Below are positions 61,838-64,000 of a stretch of 64,000 bases of DNA, one piece after another. The number at the start of each line of letters is the position of its first letter. Within the stretch, counting starts at the first letter, position 1. The notes beneath the pieces are model-generated. The model was not told the DNA's origin. It saw nothing but the letters and a program-made list of their open reading frames with translations, and ran no database searches. This DNA comes from Paraphysomonas bandaiensis (Eukaryota; Protista; Chrysophyceae): NCBI GenBank assembly GCA_965644295.1, contig CBFFRP010000439.1:1-64000 (forward strand). The letters are read 5' to 3'. The position numbers were made by a program, and so were the translations under genes.

Positions 61838-63541
61838 ATGTTTGTCATTCGCAGCATGTCATCAGACAGCCAAAACTCTGAAATAGAAGAAGGTCTGTGG
61901 GTGCGAGTAAAAATTGTCGCTTTGACTAAATTTCGAGAGGAAGCACAGGCATTCTCTGTAAATCGGTCCGAGTTAACTTCTTCGACAGACCAATTAACGA
62001 TTTGGGTGAGAATTACTGCAATTACTGCTAAAGATGTTTTAATATAACATTTTTTTTAGATTCCAGGAGGTAATCTTTTTGAAGACGATAGTAATATCTG
62101 GCGTGTCAAAGGTCATGCATTCTTGCATGCACTCGTTGAGGGCGTAGCGAGGCAAGCGTATAATCAAAAGTTATTGCCACCACTATCAGACTTCAACGAC
62201 CAACTCAGGATAGACTTCAGCAGAGGTATTACTGTTCGAACTGCAACAAGTTCTGGTATCATTGGTAATTTCCACATGATCCCTCCCGATGGAGAATTGG
62301 ACATACCGTTACTTCCCACTAGACGCCAGACAGATCACGATAGGAAGTGTTGTCGGGAAAACGCTTCCCACTATGTGGTGATTGCTGGTGTCCCGTTCCA
62401 AAATTGCCCAGACGATGTGATACTACAGAGACAGCTCAGCTTTGTTGATTCTTCCCTTGCGCTTGTTAAACATAAACAGAATGATCTTCCCCTCTGTAAA
62501 TACATGCACTCAAAATATTTCAAAGTTGGCCTGAATCATCGTCCAGGAAATGATATGAACACGTACTGGTCACCGGCAATGAAAGAAGCCATGACCGAGT
62601 GCAGTGAAGAGGGTCAAAGACTCTTCGAGCTTAATCCTCCAAAAAGTATGCAAAGTGGTATCCGCAAGCAGAGAGGATTTGGTCACGGTGGTCAATCAGG
62701 TCTTAAGCTTTCAACCGCCAGTGAACATGATGCGGCGGACACATCGAGTCATTTGGAAGCACAAAGGAATCGCTTGCATATCGAGCGATGTCGTGCCAAA
62801 GCTTGGAGCAAGAAAGATTTGATTTCTGATAGCAAATTGAAAGATCTACTCGAGCTTCCCGAGGGCAAGAAAGTAAAGAGCTACTCGCAGTTAAGAACAT
62901 ACTTATGTGAATACTTTAGTACCCTAGAAGGTGAAGAACGTGCAGCTGAAGACCCGTTGGAGTATGACCCGACACTCGATACATGGGTTCTCAAGTTGGA
63001 TTGGATGGGTCAAGACTTCCCAAAATATAGTGACCTCAAGGGGGGTAATAAGCCAATACCTGCAGCCCGTGAAAATATCATATTCTCGTCGGTTCGAATA
63101 GGACCACACCCGCCACCACCACCGCCCCCTGCTCTACCAGCTCCTCCAGGTGTTCCAGCACAAGGTTGGCCTATCCCAATTGGTGTTCCCCCTGCTGGAA
63201 GTAGTGGCCCTTCTTTTGGTGTCCCTTTTCCCCTTCCACCAGACTGTGGACCATCGCCCTACGGGGTATACCCCCCTCCTATTTATCCAACTGGGGGTTT
63301 TCCTTTTCAGCAGCAGCTTCCTCCGTATTACCCACAGGGATCTGCTCCTCGGCATTATCCGCATCACATGCTGTATGGCTACCCGCCAGAATATTACCAC
63401 GGCCACAGGGATTTTGATTATGCATCGCGTTATCGCCAACAGCGATTTGCCTGGGGAGAAGGAATGCGAAAGGATGAGAGGGGTGAGTGGATAGCATATG
63501 AGGCCGAGTATGAAATTCCTTATCCTGCCGACCCTTACTAA
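61838..63541 (+). CDS. Hypothetical protein with a Pro/Tyr-rich C-terminus (2 exons)
   Basis: A short exon (..QLTIW) is spliced to a long open frame; no recognisable domain. Confidence 0.6.
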
Positions 63542-64000
63542 ATAGAACAGATTGCAGTCAATCGTTATCTGCCGGGTCTCATTTATTATTTATTTCGAAT
63601 CTTGGTAATTTTTGGATGAATTTAACACATACGCTCCGATGCATCGAAATTTAGGTTTAGACTCACTAACCGATTTTCTTTTTTCTTCTTAGTATGCAAC
63701 TGTATGAACTGATATTTTAAATTCTCCACAAACTTTTCAAAATTTTGTTTTTTTGATTTATTAATATTACTTGAATCTATTGCGTATAATTAATCATATT
63801 CTATCACGAAGTAGTAGCAAGCATATCACATTCAATCATCAGTACATCTATATTAGTAACTAGTGAGTAGAGTATAGAGTATAATCTGCAAATGATCAAT
63901 AGTTACAGGCTTCGCACTGTTCTTTCCAAGTAACGGTAATATCCACTCGATTGAATAAATTGCACGCAGTTTCGGCAGTACAGCATGACCACAAAGCTTC

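Overview
This is a eukaryotic chromosome end from a compact protist-type genome (standard code, mostly ~45-70 nt GT-AG introns; a stramenopile is my inference, not shown). A nanopore adapter remnant precedes a ~2.1 kb (CCCTAA)n telomere and a ~3 kb patchwork of decayed coding fragments. About 16 genes follow, mostly in head-to-head pairs: a PH/EF-hand-like protein, a 7-repeat type-I surface protein, an alpha/beta hydrolase, V-ATPase subunit e, an FMC1-like protein, TBC-PH-PH, an ankyrin protein, a DTW protein, a 'HYSGNFWW' protein, a PHTF-like protein, an NCKX-PH exchanger, a UBE2K-like E2, PFAS and hypotheticals. Transposon-rich spacers lie mostly between convergent 3' ends. The most interesting candidate system is an abundant non-autonomous retroposon (~450-500 bp when full length; 8 or more loci). 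Its 5' end folds as an HDV-like ribozyme resembling the trypanosomatid L1Tc/ingi Pr77 hallmark, and its 3' end is shared with an RNase H/CCHC LINE, a truncated copy of which is nested inside one of the retroposons. Also present are an intact Copia with TA...TA LTR termini, a MULE-like element and a hAT-type MITE. All family assignments are from motif recognition by eye; no searches were run.
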